Positions 15,434 to 24,858 of a stretch of DNA of 64,000 bases are shown here, one piece after another. Below the pieces are notes generated by a model. It worked only from the letters and a program-made list of their open reading frames with translations. It did no database searches and was not told the origin of the DNA. The translations under genes were made by a program, and so were the position numbers. Positions within the stretch are counted from its first letter, which is position 1; every line of letters begins with the position of its first letter. This stretch comes from Acidimicrobiales bacterium. Lineage in GTDB: Bacteria > Actinomycetota > Acidimicrobiia > Acidimicrobiales > AC-9. Location: assembly GCA_036270875.1 (NCBI GenBank), contig DATBBR010000074.1, positions 1,040 through 65,039 of the forward strand. The letters are read 5' to 3'.

Positions 15434-17071
15434 TTGCGGTCGACGGTGCTACGAGCACGCTGGCTCGGACGGGTCCGCTACCGCGATGCCCACGCGCTCC
15501 AGCGGGCGCTCTTCGCCGGCGCCGCTGACAACTACCTGCTCCTCCTCGAGCATCCCCACGTGTACACGCTCGGCGTCAGTGCCCGGCCTGACCACGTGCT
15601 GGTACCCCCTGAGTCGGTGGGGGCCGAGCTGGTGCGGGCCGATCGGGGAGGTGATGTCACCTACCACGGGCCGGGCCAGCTGGTCGGCTACCCGATCGTC
15701 AGCGTGCCGACCGTTCCGGGAGCAACCCGGTCCTACGTCTGCTCCGTCGAGCAGTTGGTCATCGACGTGCTCGCCGACCTCGGCCTGCCCGGTGCCGGTC
15801 GCCTGGGCGGATACCCCGGCGTGTGGGTCGAACCCGACGGCGCTGCGCCCCGCAAGATCGCGGCGATCGGTGTCCGCATCGGCAGGGGACGCTCGATGCA
15901 CGGCTTCGCCTTCAACGTCGATCCCGACCTGGCCATGTTCGAGCACATCGTTCCCTGCGGCATTTCCGACAAGGCGGTGACGTCACTGGCCGCGGAAGGC
16001 ATCCACGTCGCCATGTCGACGGTAGTCGACGCCGTGGCGTCCCGAGCCGCTCGTCTGTGGGGTGACGGCGCCGAGCGACTCGAGCGCCAGGACGTTGCCT
16101 GGCGGGTGGCGCCCACCGATCTCTCCACGTTCACCAAAGCAGGGAGTCGGCTCGAGGGACGATTGGCGCAAGCGGGGGTGGACCCAGCGGGGGGCGTCGC
16201 GCTGGCGGAGCCCAAGCCGCGCTGGATCAGGGCCAAGGCGGTCATGGGTCCCGAGTACCGCGACCTCAAGCGGACGATGCGCAGCCTCGACTTGGTAACG
16301 GTGTGCGAGGAGGCGGGGTGCCCCAACATCTTCGAGTGTTGGGCCGAGGGCACCGCCACGTTCATGATCAACGGGGAGCGGTGCACGAGAGCCTGCGGGT
16401 TCTGCCTCGTCGACACCCGACACCCCGGGCCGATCGATCTCGGCGAACCCGACCGGGTGGCCGACGCGACGGACCGACTGGGCCTGGCCCACGTCGTGGT
16501 GACGGCGGTGGCCCGCGACGATCTGCCCGACGGTGGAGCGAGCGCGTTCGCCGCCACCATCCAGGCCATCCGGCGGCGCTGCCCAGGAGCGGCGGTCGAG
16601 GTCCTCATCCCTGACTGCAAGGGAGACGAGGCCGCCTTGAGCACGATCTTCGAGGCGCGCCCCGCGGTGTTGAACCACAACCTGGAGACCGTCGCCCGCC
16701 TCCAGCGGGCGGTGCGGCCGTCGGCGTCCTATGCCAGGAGCCTGTCCGTGCTGGCGCGAGCCAAGGAAGCCGGGCTGGTCGCCAAGTCCGGGCTGATCCT
16801 CGGGATGGGTGAGACCGAGAGCGAGGTAGTCGGGGCCCTGGCGGATCTGCGGGCGGTCGGCGTCGACATCGTGACGCTCGGCCAGTACCTGCGACCGACA
16901 GCTGACCACCTGCCGGTGGCGCGCTGGTGGCGGCCCGAGGAGTTCGAGGAGCTCCGTCGGGCGGGAATGGCGCTCGGGCTGACGCACGTCGAGGCATCGC
17001 CGCTGACCAGGTCCAGCTACCACGCGCGGGGCGCAGCGGCTGCTGCCGCTGCACGTTCAGCGGCGGGCTGA
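15434..17071 (+). CDS. lipB-lipA: Fused octanoyltransferase LipB plus lipoyl synthase LipA
   Basis: N-half: LEHPHVYTLG, DRGGDVTYHGPGQLVGYP, RKIAAIG, HGFAFN, IVPCGI. C-half: CEEAGCPNIFEC, CTRACGFC, RSSYHA. One uninterrupted frame. Confidence 0.93.
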   Translation: MRSTVLRARWLGRVRYRDAHALQRALFAGAADNYLLLLEHPHVYTLGVSARPDHVLVPPESVGAELVRADRGGDVTYHGPGQLVGYPIVSVPTVPGATRSYVCSVEQLVIDVLADLGLPGAGRLGGYPGVWVEPDGAAPRKIAAIGVRIGRGRSMHGFAFNVDPDLAMFEHIVPCGISDKAVTSLAAEGIHVAMSTVVDAVASRAARLWGDGAERLERQDVAWRVAPTDLSTFTKAGSRLEGRLAQAGVDPAGGVALAEPKPRWIRAKAVMGPEYRDLKRTMRSLDLVTVCEEAGCPNIFECWAEGTATFMINGERCTRACGFCLVDTRHPGPIDLGEPDRVADATDRLGLAHVVVTAVARDDLPDGGASAFAATIQAIRRRCPGAAVEVLIPDCKGDEAALSTIFEARPAVLNHNLETVARLQRAVRPSASYARSLSVLARAKEAGLVAKSGLILGMGETESEVVGALADLRAVGVDIVTLGQYLRPTADHLPVARWWRPEEFEELRRAGMALGLTHVEASPLTRSSYHARGAAAAAAARSAAG

Positions 17072-17076
17072 CCGAG

Positions 17077-17808
17077 GTGGACCTCGGCCTCGAGGGGCGT
17101 GTCGCGCTCGTGACCGCTTCGTCACGCGGGCTCGGTTTCGCCTCGGCCTCGGCGTTGGTCGAAGAGGGCGCGAGCGTTCTGATCTGCGGCCGCGGCCAGG
17201 ACTCCATCGAGGGCGCGGCATCGGCTCTGCGGTCGCGGGCCGGGCGCGGGGCCGAGGTCGCCGCGGTGGTGGCGGACGTGACCGATCCCGCCGCACCGGC
17301 TCGGCTCGTCGAGGAGACGGTCCGGCGTTTCGGCGGCCTCGACGTCCTGGTTGCCAACGCCGGGGGCCCTCCGCTCGGCCGCGCCCTGGAGGTCGACGAC
17401 GCCGCGCTCGAGGCGGCCATCGGAGCCAACCTGCTCACCTCGGTGCGGTTGGCCCGCGCCGCCGCCTCACCGCTGCGGGCCCGGGAATGGGGACGTATCT
17501 GCTTCATCACGTCGTACTCCGTCAAGCAGCCCGTCCCCACGCTGGCGCTCTCCAACACGGCGAGGGTTGGCTTGTGGGCCTGGGCCAAGACGGCAGCCGC
17601 CGACCTGGCCGACGATGGCGTCACCTTGAACCTCGCCTGTCCCGGACCGCACGCCACCGACCGGATGGTGCAGTTGGGAGGCGCCAGCGTTCGCATGGGG
17701 GATCCCGCCGACTTCGGCAAGGTCGTCGCCTTCCTGTGCTCCGAGCCGGCCGGGTTCGTGAACGGGGCCGCCGTCGTCGTCGATGGAGGTACGACGCTGG
17801 CGCTGTAA
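17077..17808 (+). CDS. SDR family oxidoreductase
   Basis: ALVTASSRGLG, LVANAGGP, LALSNTARVGL, GDPADFG, VVDGG. Confidence 0.88.
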   Translation: MDLGLEGRVALVTASSRGLGFASASALVEEGASVLICGRGQDSIEGAASALRSRAGRGAEVAAVVADVTDPAAPARLVEETVRRFGGLDVLVANAGGPPLGRALEVDDAALEAAIGANLLTSVRLARAAASPLRAREWGRICFITSYSVKQPVPTLALSNTARVGLWAWAKTAAADLADDGVTLNLACPGPHATDRMVQLGGASVRMGDPADFGKVVAFLCSEPAGFVNGAAVVVDGGTTLAL

Positions 17809-17815
17809 GCGAGCG

Positions 17816-20800
17816 TCAGGCCACGAAGTACTTGGCCCGCGGGTGGTGACAGACGATGGCCGAGGTGGTCTGCTCCGGGTGCAGCTGGAACCCCTCGCTC
17901 AGCTCCACTCCGATGCGCTCGACCTCGAGGAGCTCGGCCACCTTGGCGTTGTCCTCGAGATTGGGGCACGCGGGATACCCCCACGAGTAGCGCCCGCCGC
18001 GGTACTTCTGACGGAAGAGCCCACCCAGACTGGGACCGTCCTCGTCGGCGAACCCCCACTCTTCCCGTATGCGGCGGTGCCAGAGCTCGGCAAGGGCCTC
18101 GGCCATCTCCACCCCGAGGCCATGCAGCAGGAGGTATGCCTGGTACTTGTCATCGGCGAACAGGCGGGCGGTCGCTTCCGAGACGGCCTGGCCCATGGTG
18201 ACGACCTGGAAGGAGGCCCAGTCGCGATCTCCTGACGCCGTGGACCGGAAGAAATCGGCGATGCAGAGCCACGGTGCCTTCTGCTGGCGGGGGAATGTGA
18301 ACCGGAGCCACTCGGCCTGGCGGGCCTCGTCCTTCCAGATCACGAGGTCGTCGCCGTCGGCGTTGGCGGCGAAGTAGCCCCATGCCACCTGGGGCACGAG
18401 GACGCCGCTCGCTCGCGCCTCGGCCAGCTGGTCCCGAAGGACGGCGCGGACTCGGGTCTTGAACTCGGCGTCCGACTCGCCGCCTTCGGGTCGATACCCC
18501 CACTGGTTGCGGAACAGCGCTGTCTCGTTCAGGTAGGCGGCGATCTCGTCGATGCCGACGCCCTTGGCGAGCTCCGATCCGACGAACGGCGGGTCGAACA
18601 CCGGGTTGTCCGCCGGCACCTCGGGCGATCGGGCGGGTACATCGTCGGGGTTGACTTCGGCCGTCCGCTGGCTCTTGCGGGGCGGTAGGTCCCGACCACC
18701 CAGCTCGCGGCCGAAGCTCGGGTCGTCGTCGCCCGAGCGCTGGAGCTCCCGCAGGCGGTCCATCGTGCGCAGGCCTTCGAAGGCGTCGCGGCCATAGAAC
18801 AGGCGCCCCTGGTAGAGCTGGCGCAGGTCCCTCTCGACATACGTGCGGGTGAGGGCGGCTCCCCCCAGCAGCACAGGCAGGCGGGAGAGCCCGCGATCGT
18901 TCATTTCCTCGAGGTTCTCCCGCATGATGAGGGTCGACTTCACGAGCAGCCCGCTCATGCCGAGGGCGTGGGCTCCCACCTCCTCGGCCTTGGTCAGCAT
19001 CTCGCCAATCGAGACCTTGATCCCGAGGTTGTGCACCTCGTAGCCGTTGTTGGTGAGGATGATGTCGACCAGGTTCTTGCCGATGTCATGCACGTCGCCC
19101 TTGACCGTGGCCAGCACGACCCGGCCCTTGCCGCCCTGGTCGGCGTGCTCCATGTGCGGCTCCAGGTGGGCAACCGCGGCCTTCATGGTCTCGGCCGACT
19201 GAAGGACGAACGGGAGCTGCATCTCGCCCGAGGCGAACAGCTCGCCGACCGTCTTCATCCCGGCAAGTAGCAGGTCGTTGACGATGCCGAGGGCGGACCA
19301 GCCGGCGCCCATGGCCTGGTCCAACTCGGGCTCGAGGCCGTTGCGGTCGCCGTCGACGATGCGCTGCTCCAGACGTCGCTCGAGGCTCCAGCCGCTGCGG
19401 TCCTCGGCGGTCGACGTGGCGCTCGACGACACGCCTTCGAAGAGCGACAACAGCTCGCCCAGCGGGTCGTAGCCGTCGCCTCTGCGGTCGTAGATGAGAT
19501 CGAGGCAGACCTGGCGTTGACGCTCGTCGATCCGGTTGAGGGGGAGGATGCGCCCGGCGTGCACGATGGCGGCGTCGAGGCCGGCGTCGACGCACTCGTG
19601 GAGGAACACCGAGTTGAGCACGTGGCGCGCGGCGGGAGACAGACCGAAGGACACGTTGGAGAGGCCGATGATCGTGTACACACCGGGCAGCTCGGCCTTG
19701 ATGCGGCGGATCCCCTCGATGGTCTCGATGCCGTCGCGTCGGCTCTCCTCCATGCCCGTTGACAACGGCAGGGCGAGCGGGTCGAACAGGAGATCGGACG
19801 GCTCCAGCCCATAGCGGTCCACGGCGACGTCGTGGATGGCCCGCGCCGCCCGCAGCTTCCAGTCAGCGGTCCGGGCCTGGCCCTCGGTGTCGATGCAGGT
19901 GCACACGACGGCAGCCCCGTACTCGCGGGCCAGGGAGAGGAAGCGGTCGAGCCTGGTGCCCGGCGCGTCGCCGTCCTCGAGGTTCACCGAGTTGAGCACG
20001 GCCCGCCCGCCGATCCACGAGAGCCCGGTCTCGACCACCTCGGCCTCGGTCGAGTCGAGCACGATGGGCTGGCTGGCCTGGGTGGCCAGGCGGCTGGCCA
20101 CCTGCTCCATGTCGGCGCGGCCGTCGGCGCCGGTGTAGTCGACACAGACGTCGATGAGGTGGGCGCCCTCCTTCACCTGGTCGCGCGCCATGGCCGTGCA
20201 GGTGTCCCAGTCCCCCGCCAGCATCGCCTCACGAAAGCGCTTGGAGCCGTTGGCGTTCGTTCGCTCGCCCACCACCAGGAACGAGGTCTCCTGCGAGAAC
20301 GGGACGTTGGTGTACAGCGAGGCGGCGCCAGGCTCGGGCTCCGGCGAACGATGGGCCGGCGTCAGCCCGCCACAGCTGTCCACCACCTGGCGGAGGTGCT
20401 CGGGCGTCGTGCCGCAGCAGCCTCCGACGACCGACACTCCCATGTCGGTGATGAACCGCCTATGGAACTCGACCAGCTGCTCGGGCGTCAGGTCGTAGTG
20501 CATGTGGCCTTCGACGACCGACGGGAGACCCGCGTTCGGCTGGCAGGAGATGGGCATGCGGGAGTGGTGCGAGAGGTGGCGCAGGTGCTCGCCCATCTCG
20601 GCCGGCCCGGTGGCGCAGTTGAGACCGATGACGTCGGGCCGCATGGCGTCGAGCGCGCACAATGCGGCTCCGATCTCGGTGCCCGGGAGCATGCGCCCGG
20701 TCAGCTCCATGGTGACCTGGACCTGGATCGGGACCTGGCGTCCGATGGCCGCCATCGCCCGACGGGAGGCGATGATGGCCGCCTTGGCCTGGAGCAGGTC

Positions 20801-21286
20801 GAAGACGGTCTCGATGACCAAGAGATCGACGCCGCCCTCGAGGAGCGCCCGGACCTGCACCTCGTAGGCGTCCCGCAGCTCGGCCAGCCGGATCTGGCCC
20901 AGCGACGGGAACCTGGTGCCGGGGCCGATGCTGCCGGCGACCCAGCGGGGTCGGTCGGGCCTGGCGTAGCCGTCGGCCACCTCCCGGGCCAGGCGGGCGG
21001 CGGTCAAGTTGAGCTCGTGGGCCCGATCGGCGATGCCATATTCGGTCAGGACGGTGGGGAAGGCGCCGAAGGTGTCGGTCTCGATCACGTCCACGCCGAC
21101 ATCGAGGAACGACCTGTGCACGTCGGCCACCAAGTCGGGCCTGGTGCTGACCAGCACCTCGTTGCAGCCTTCGAGCTGGGCCCCGCCGAAGTCGTCCGGG
21201 CCCAGCCCGGCCAGCTGCAGGTTGGTGCCCATGGCGCCGTCGAACACGACGACGCGCTCGGCCAGGGCCTCGAGATAGCTGGTCAT
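17816..21286 (-). CDS. metH: Cobalamin-dependent methionine synthase
   Basis: FDGAMGT, GLNCATG, GGCCGTTP, VGERTNANGS, TVKGDVHDIGKN (DxHxxG), SGLLVKS, RYSWGYPACP, HPEQTTSA. Confidence 0.97.
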   Translation of the reverse strand: MTSYLEALAERVVVFDGAMGTNLQLAGLGPDDFGGAQLEGCNEVLVSTRPDLVADVHRSFLDVGVDVIETDTFGAFPTVLTEYGIADRAHELNLTAARLAREVADGYARPDRPRWVAGSIGPGTRFPSLGQIRLAELRDAYEVQVRALLEGGVDLLVIETVFDLLQAKAAIIASRRAMAAIGRQVPIQVQVTMELTGRMLPGTEIGAALCALDAMRPDVIGLNCATGPAEMGEHLRHLSHHSRMPISCQPNAGLPSVVEGHMHYDLTPEQLVEFHRRFITDMGVSVVGGCCGTTPEHLRQVVDSCGGLTPAHRSPEPEPGAASLYTNVPFSQETSFLVVGERTNANGSKRFREAMLAGDWDTCTAMARDQVKEGAHLIDVCVDYTGADGRADMEQVASRLATQASQPIVLDSTEAEVVETGLSWIGGRAVLNSVNLEDGDAPGTRLDRFLSLAREYGAAVVCTCIDTEGQARTADWKLRAARAIHDVAVDRYGLEPSDLLFDPLALPLSTGMEESRRDGIETIEGIRRIKAELPGVYTIIGLSNVSFGLSPAARHVLNSVFLHECVDAGLDAAIVHAGRILPLNRIDERQRQVCLDLIYDRRGDGYDPLGELLSLFEGVSSSATSTAEDRSGWSLERRLEQRIVDGDRNGLEPELDQAMGAGWSALGIVNDLLLAGMKTVGELFASGEMQLPFVLQSAETMKAAVAHLEPHMEHADQGGKGRVVLATVKGDVHDIGKNLVDIILTNNGYEVHNLGIKVSIGEMLTKAEEVGAHALGMSGLLVKSTLIMRENLEEMNDRGLSRLPVLLGGAALTRTYVERDLRQLYQGRLFYGRDAFEGLRTMDRLRELQRSGDDDPSFGRELGGRDLPPRKSQRTAEVNPDDVPARSPEVPADNPVFDPPFVGSELAKGVGIDEIAAYLNETALFRNQWGYRPEGGESDAEFKTRVRAVLRDQLAEARASGVLVPQVAWGYFAANADGDDLVIWKDEARQAEWLRFTFPRQQKAPWLCIADFFRSTASGDRDWASFQVVTMGQAVSEATARLFADDKYQAYLLLHGLGVEMAEALAELWHRRIREEWGFADEDGPSLGGLFRQKYRGGRYSWGYPACPNLEDNAKVAELLEVERIGVELSEGFQLHPEQTTSAIVCHHPRAKYFVA

Positions 21287-21369
21287 TGCCGGTTCAGGTT
21301 ACCGGGGGCCGTGGCCGACCCTCGCCGCCGCCGGGCGCCCCGCCTGCCCGCCGGTAGATTGATGCTGCC

Positions 21370-21933
21370 GTGAAGATCTACACCAGGCGTGGCGACGACG
21401 GCACCACAGGCCTCCTGTACGGCGGTCGGGTGCGCAAGGACTCCGCCACGATCGACCTCAACGGGGCGGTTGACGAGGCCCAGGCCGCCCTGGGTGTCGC
21501 GCGGGCCGAGGCAGAGCGGGGCTCGGAGCTCGACGAGCTGCTCATCGCTCTGGAGCGGGACCTGTGGGTGCTCATGGCCGAGGTGGCGACGGCGCCCGAC
21601 AACCGGCACAAGCTCTCGCCCGGCGTGAGCCTGGTCACCGCCGAGATGGTGGCTGCCCTGGAGGCCCGGATCGACGACATCGACGAGCGCTTCGAGATGC
21701 CGGCCGAGTTCGTGGTACCCGGACAGACGCGAGTGGCAGCTCTCCTGGACACCGCCCGCACGGTGGTGCGGCGCGCCGAGCGGCTGTCCCTGCCAGTCGT
21801 CGAGGGGTCACTGGTGGGCCCCTACCTCAACCGGTTGTCCGACCTGTGCTGGACGATGGCCCGGTGGCAGGAGGAGGACCACCTCCCCAGTCGCCAGGGC
21901 GGCAAGAGATCCCGGTCACACAAGGAGCCGTGA
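21370..21933 (+). CDS. PduO-type cob(I)alamin adenosyltransferase
   Basis: KIYTRRGDDGTTGL...RVRK, GAVDEAQ, RTVVRRAER, YLNRLSD. Confidence 0.92.
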   Translation: MKIYTRRGDDGTTGLLYGGRVRKDSATIDLNGAVDEAQAALGVARAEAERGSELDELLIALERDLWVLMAEVATAPDNRHKLSPGVSLVTAEMVAALEARIDDIDERFEMPAEFVVPGQTRVAALLDTARTVVRRAERLSLPVVEGSLVGPYLNRLSDLCWTMARWQEEDHLPSRQGGKRSRSHKEP

Positions 21934-23438
21934 TGCCGATCGCCTTCACCACCGCCCGCGAGGTTCCGGACAATCTGGATGCCCTCGCCGTCCCGGTGTT
22001 CGCCGGCCTGGAGCCCATCTCCGGCGCTCCGGTCGAGATCGACCGCCGGTACTGCGAGCAGCTGGGCTTCGAGGCCAAGGTGGGTGAGGCCATTCCGCTC
22101 CAGGGCGATGACGGCGTCACCGTGGTGGCTGTGGGCCTGGGCGAGCCGGGTGAGGTGGGGCGTGAGAGCTTGCGGAAGGCGGGGGCGGCTTTCGCCCGGA
22201 CCTCCGGGCACGCGGAGACTGCGGCGTTCAGCCTCCCGGGACCACGACCGGCGGGGCTCGACCCCGCGGAAGCCGGCGAAGCCGTGGCGGAGGGGATCGC
22301 TCTGGCGACGTACCAATTCACGGCGTACAAGGGTCAGTCGAAGCCGAGCCGGCTGGCGCGTCTGTCGGTCGTCGGGGACGATCCGGTGGCACTGGGAGCC
22401 GGCGTGGCACGGGGCGCCCGCATCGCCGAGGCGGTCTGCATGGCCCGCGATCTGGTGAACGAGCCCGCCGGGGCGATGACGCCGAGGCGCCTCGCCGACG
22501 TCGCCCGGGATCTGGCCGACCGTCATGGCATGTCGGTCACCATCCTCGACGAGGTGGCGATCGCCAGCGAGGGCCTGGGCGGGCTGGCCGGCGTGGCCCA
22601 GGGCTCGGACGAGCCCCCTCGCCTGATCGAGCTCGTCCATCAGCCGTCGAACCCGGCGCCTGGCACCGGTGACGGGCACGTTCCGACCGTCGCCCTCGTC
22701 GGAAAGGGGATCACGTTCGACTCCGGAGGGCTGTCGATCAAGACCGCCGACGGCATGATGACGATGAAGACGGACATGGGTGGGGGCGCCGCCGTGCTCG
22801 CCACCATGTCGGCCCTGGCCGACCTCGACGTCGGGGTCAAGGTGATCGCCATCGTGCCAACCACCGAGAACATGCCCGGCGGGCGAGCCATCAAGCCGGG
22901 CGACGTGCTGAAGATCCGCAACGGCAAGACGATCGAGGTGCTCAACACCGATGCCGAGGGGCGGCTCGTGCTGGCCGACGGGCTCTCGCTGGCGGTCGAG
23001 GCCGCTCCCGATGCCATCGTCGACGTGGCGACCCTGACCGGCGCCTGCGTCGTCGCGCTCGGCCGCCAGATCGCCGGGCTCATGGGCAACAACGAGGAGC
23101 TCGTGAACCAGGTGCGAGCAGCGTCCGAGCGGGCCGGCGAGCTGGTCTGGCCCCTCCCGCTGCCCGAGGAGTACCGGAAGGGCATCGAGTCGGAGGTGGC
23201 GGACATGAAGAACATCTCTTCCCCTGCTGGCGCCGCCGGTGCGCTCACGGCGGGGCTCATCCTCGGCGAGTTCGTCGACGGGGTCCCCTGGGCCCACCTG
23301 GACATCGCCGGCCCGGCGCGCTCCGATTCCGACGACGGCTACACCCGCAAGGGAGCCACCGGTTACGGCGTGCGCACCCTCATCGAGCTGGTGTCGCGGT
23401 TCGAGGCGCCTCGCCGCCAGCCCCCCGCCGCCCGTTGA
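21933..23438 (+). CDS. pepA: Leucyl aminopeptidase (M17)
   Basis: VGKGITFDSGGLSIK, MKTDMGG, NTDAEGRLVLAD, DVATLTGA, WAHLDIAG. Confidence 0.95.
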   Translation: MPIAFTTAREVPDNLDALAVPVFAGLEPISGAPVEIDRRYCEQLGFEAKVGEAIPLQGDDGVTVVAVGLGEPGEVGRESLRKAGAAFARTSGHAETAAFSLPGPRPAGLDPAEAGEAVAEGIALATYQFTAYKGQSKPSRLARLSVVGDDPVALGAGVARGARIAEAVCMARDLVNEPAGAMTPRRLADVARDLADRHGMSVTILDEVAIASEGLGGLAGVAQGSDEPPRLIELVHQPSNPAPGTGDGHVPTVALVGKGITFDSGGLSIKTADGMMTMKTDMGGGAAVLATMSALADLDVGVKVIAIVPTTENMPGGRAIKPGDVLKIRNGKTIEVLNTDAEGRLVLADGLSLAVEAAPDAIVDVATLTGACVVALGRQIAGLMGNNEELVNQVRAASERAGELVWPLPLPEEYRKGIESEVADMKNISSPAGAAGALTAGLILGEFVDGVPWAHLDIAGPARSDSDDGYTRKGATGYGVRTLIELVSRFEAPRRQPPAAR

Positions 23439-24039
23439 CGGGCGCCGGCTGCGCCCAAGCCCAGGCTGCCGACCCCTTCGCCAGGGCTGGCGGGAACCGC
23501 CACCGGCGCAGCTGCCGCTCGACGGCCTCGGGGTCCTCACCGAGCTGGCGCAGGCTGAGGGCCAGCTGGCGCGAGCGGCGAACCTGATGCTCGGCGCCCG
23601 GCGGGCCCAGCTGGGCGTCCTGCCAGCGCTGGTGACTCTGTTGCAGTGACCGCGGCAGGTGCAGGACCTGGCGACGGCTGAGCGGGGGGAGGCGACGGCG
23701 GACGGCCAGGCTGTCGTAGCTCTCGGGCCTGGCCAGGTCGAAGGCCACGCACCGGCCGAGAGCCCGCACGAAGGGGGAGTGGCGACCGCCCTTGGCCCCC
23801 AGACCGAGGCTGCGGGCCGTCTCAGCCAGGTCGAGAGAGAAGCCGCCGGGCTCGGCCTCGAGTCGGAAGGCCAGGCGCCGCAGCAGCCAGGTCGTCGAGG
23901 GACCGAGGACGGCCAGCCAGTAGGTCTCGACGTAGCGCGAGCGGGGGTCGTGGCCGAGGGCATCGATGACCACGTCGGGCCAGGGGACGACCGTGAGGGT
24001 CAAGGTGGACCCATCCGGGAGAGTTCGGTGCTCTTTCAT
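23380..24039 (-). CDS. Hypothetical protein
   Basis: 219-aa ORF with globular-looking core PWPDVVIDALGHDPRSRYVETYWLAVLGPSTTWLLRRL...LDLAETARSLGLG; ATG after an AT-rich upstream stretch; 3' end overlaps pepA by 59 bp. Confidence 0.7.
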   Translation of the reverse strand: MKEHRTLPDGSTLTLTVVPWPDVVIDALGHDPRSRYVETYWLAVLGPSTTWLLRRLAFRLEAEPGGFSLDLAETARSLGLGAKGGRHSPFVRALGRCVAFDLARPESYDSLAVRRRLPPLSRRQVLHLPRSLQQSHQRWQDAQLGPPGAEHQVRRSRQLALSLRQLGEDPEAVERQLRRWRFPPALAKGSAAWAWAQPAPVNGRRGAGGEAPRTATPAR

Positions 24040-24073
24040 ATACTTTCATTATTCCCCGCCCGCGCTCCTCGGG

Positions 24074-24487
24074 TCAAGCCGGCTGGTGCTCATCCTCTCG
24101 TTGCTCTGACGGATCCCGTGGCAGGGCTTCGCGACGCCGATTTGGCGAGAAGAGGCTCGTGGCGACCTCGCCCGTGTTCTGTATGAACAGCGCGGCATTG
24201 CCCCACACGAACGGCAACCAGACCGGGATGCCGAGGAAGTCGCCCGTCGAATACCTCCACGCGCCCGCGTGAATCCCCAGGACCTCGGCCGTGGGACCGA
24301 ACACGAATCCCACCGCGTAGACGATCAGGCTCGGTCGGGTCGGGCGAAGGAGGAAGATCCCCAGCCCCACCGACAGCACCAGCACGATGAGGGCCAGGGG
24401 GTGCCGCCACAACGCCGCCGTCGCCAGCAAGGTCGAGAAAGCGAGGATGGCACTGATCAGGGCGCGGGTGGAGTCGGCCATAGGCAA
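24074..24487 (-). CDS. Small integral membrane protein (DUF2878-like)
   Basis: Several hydrophobic helices; GPTAEVLGIHAGAWRYSTGDFLGIPVWLPFVWG. Confidence 0.65.
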   Translation of the reverse strand: MPMADSTRALISAILAFSTLLATAALWRHPLALIVLVLSVGLGIFLLRPTRPSLIVYAVGFVFGPTAEVLGIHAGAWRYSTGDFLGIPVWLPFVWGNAALFIQNTGEVATSLFSPNRRREALPRDPSEQREDEHQPA

Positions 24488-24523
24488 CCCTAGGCCGGCC
24501 CGGGCACTACCCCCCGAGGGCGC

Positions 24524-24817
24524 TCACGAGCGGTCGTCGATGATGTCCAGGTCGTAGAACGTCGGCGGCCCGTCGGCGAACTTCATCATCTCCTGAGAGA
24601 AGCGCTGGGTCTCGGCCAGGTCCGAATTCTCCATGGCCGACTCGTGTGAGTCGAAGAAGACCAGGTTGAAGTACCGGTTGGGGTCCTTGCGGTCCCGGCA
24701 CATGAGCCGCCGGCCAGCTGTCCGCTTCCCCTCGGTCGCCTTCTCCCACTGCTCCTCGATCCCCAGCATGGCGTCGAGGTTGCCGCTCCGAAACTCGATG
24801 ATCTGGACAAAGCCCAT
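24524..24817 (-). CDS. Small actinobacterial hypothetical protein, probable dimeric alpha+beta barrel (ABM-like)
   Basis: MGFVQIIEFRS...RDRKDPNRYFNLVFFDSHESAMENSDLAETQ...GPPTFYDLD. Confidence 0.75.
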   Translation of the reverse strand: MGFVQIIEFRSGNLDAMLGIEEQWEKATEGKRTAGRRLMCRDRKDPNRYFNLVFFDSHESAMENSDLAETQRFSQEMMKFADGPPTFYDLDIIDDRS

Positions 24818-24858
24818 GTGCACCGCCCCCTTTTGCCCCGATGCTCTCACGTTCGGGG

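Noticed and set aside
21287-21369. Cobalamin riboswitch upstream of metH or the adenosyltransferase
   Set aside because: The gap is only 83 bp and I see no B12-box or conserved core
19832-21373. Long antisense or alternative-frame ORFs (also 5314-7038, 12340-14157, 21822-23963, 28558-30333, 41282-43147, 45019-47220, 48334-50679, 60477-62051)
   Set aside because: They overlap well-supported genes, are Arg/Gly/Pro-rich with no motifs, and are expected from stop-codon scarcity at high GC
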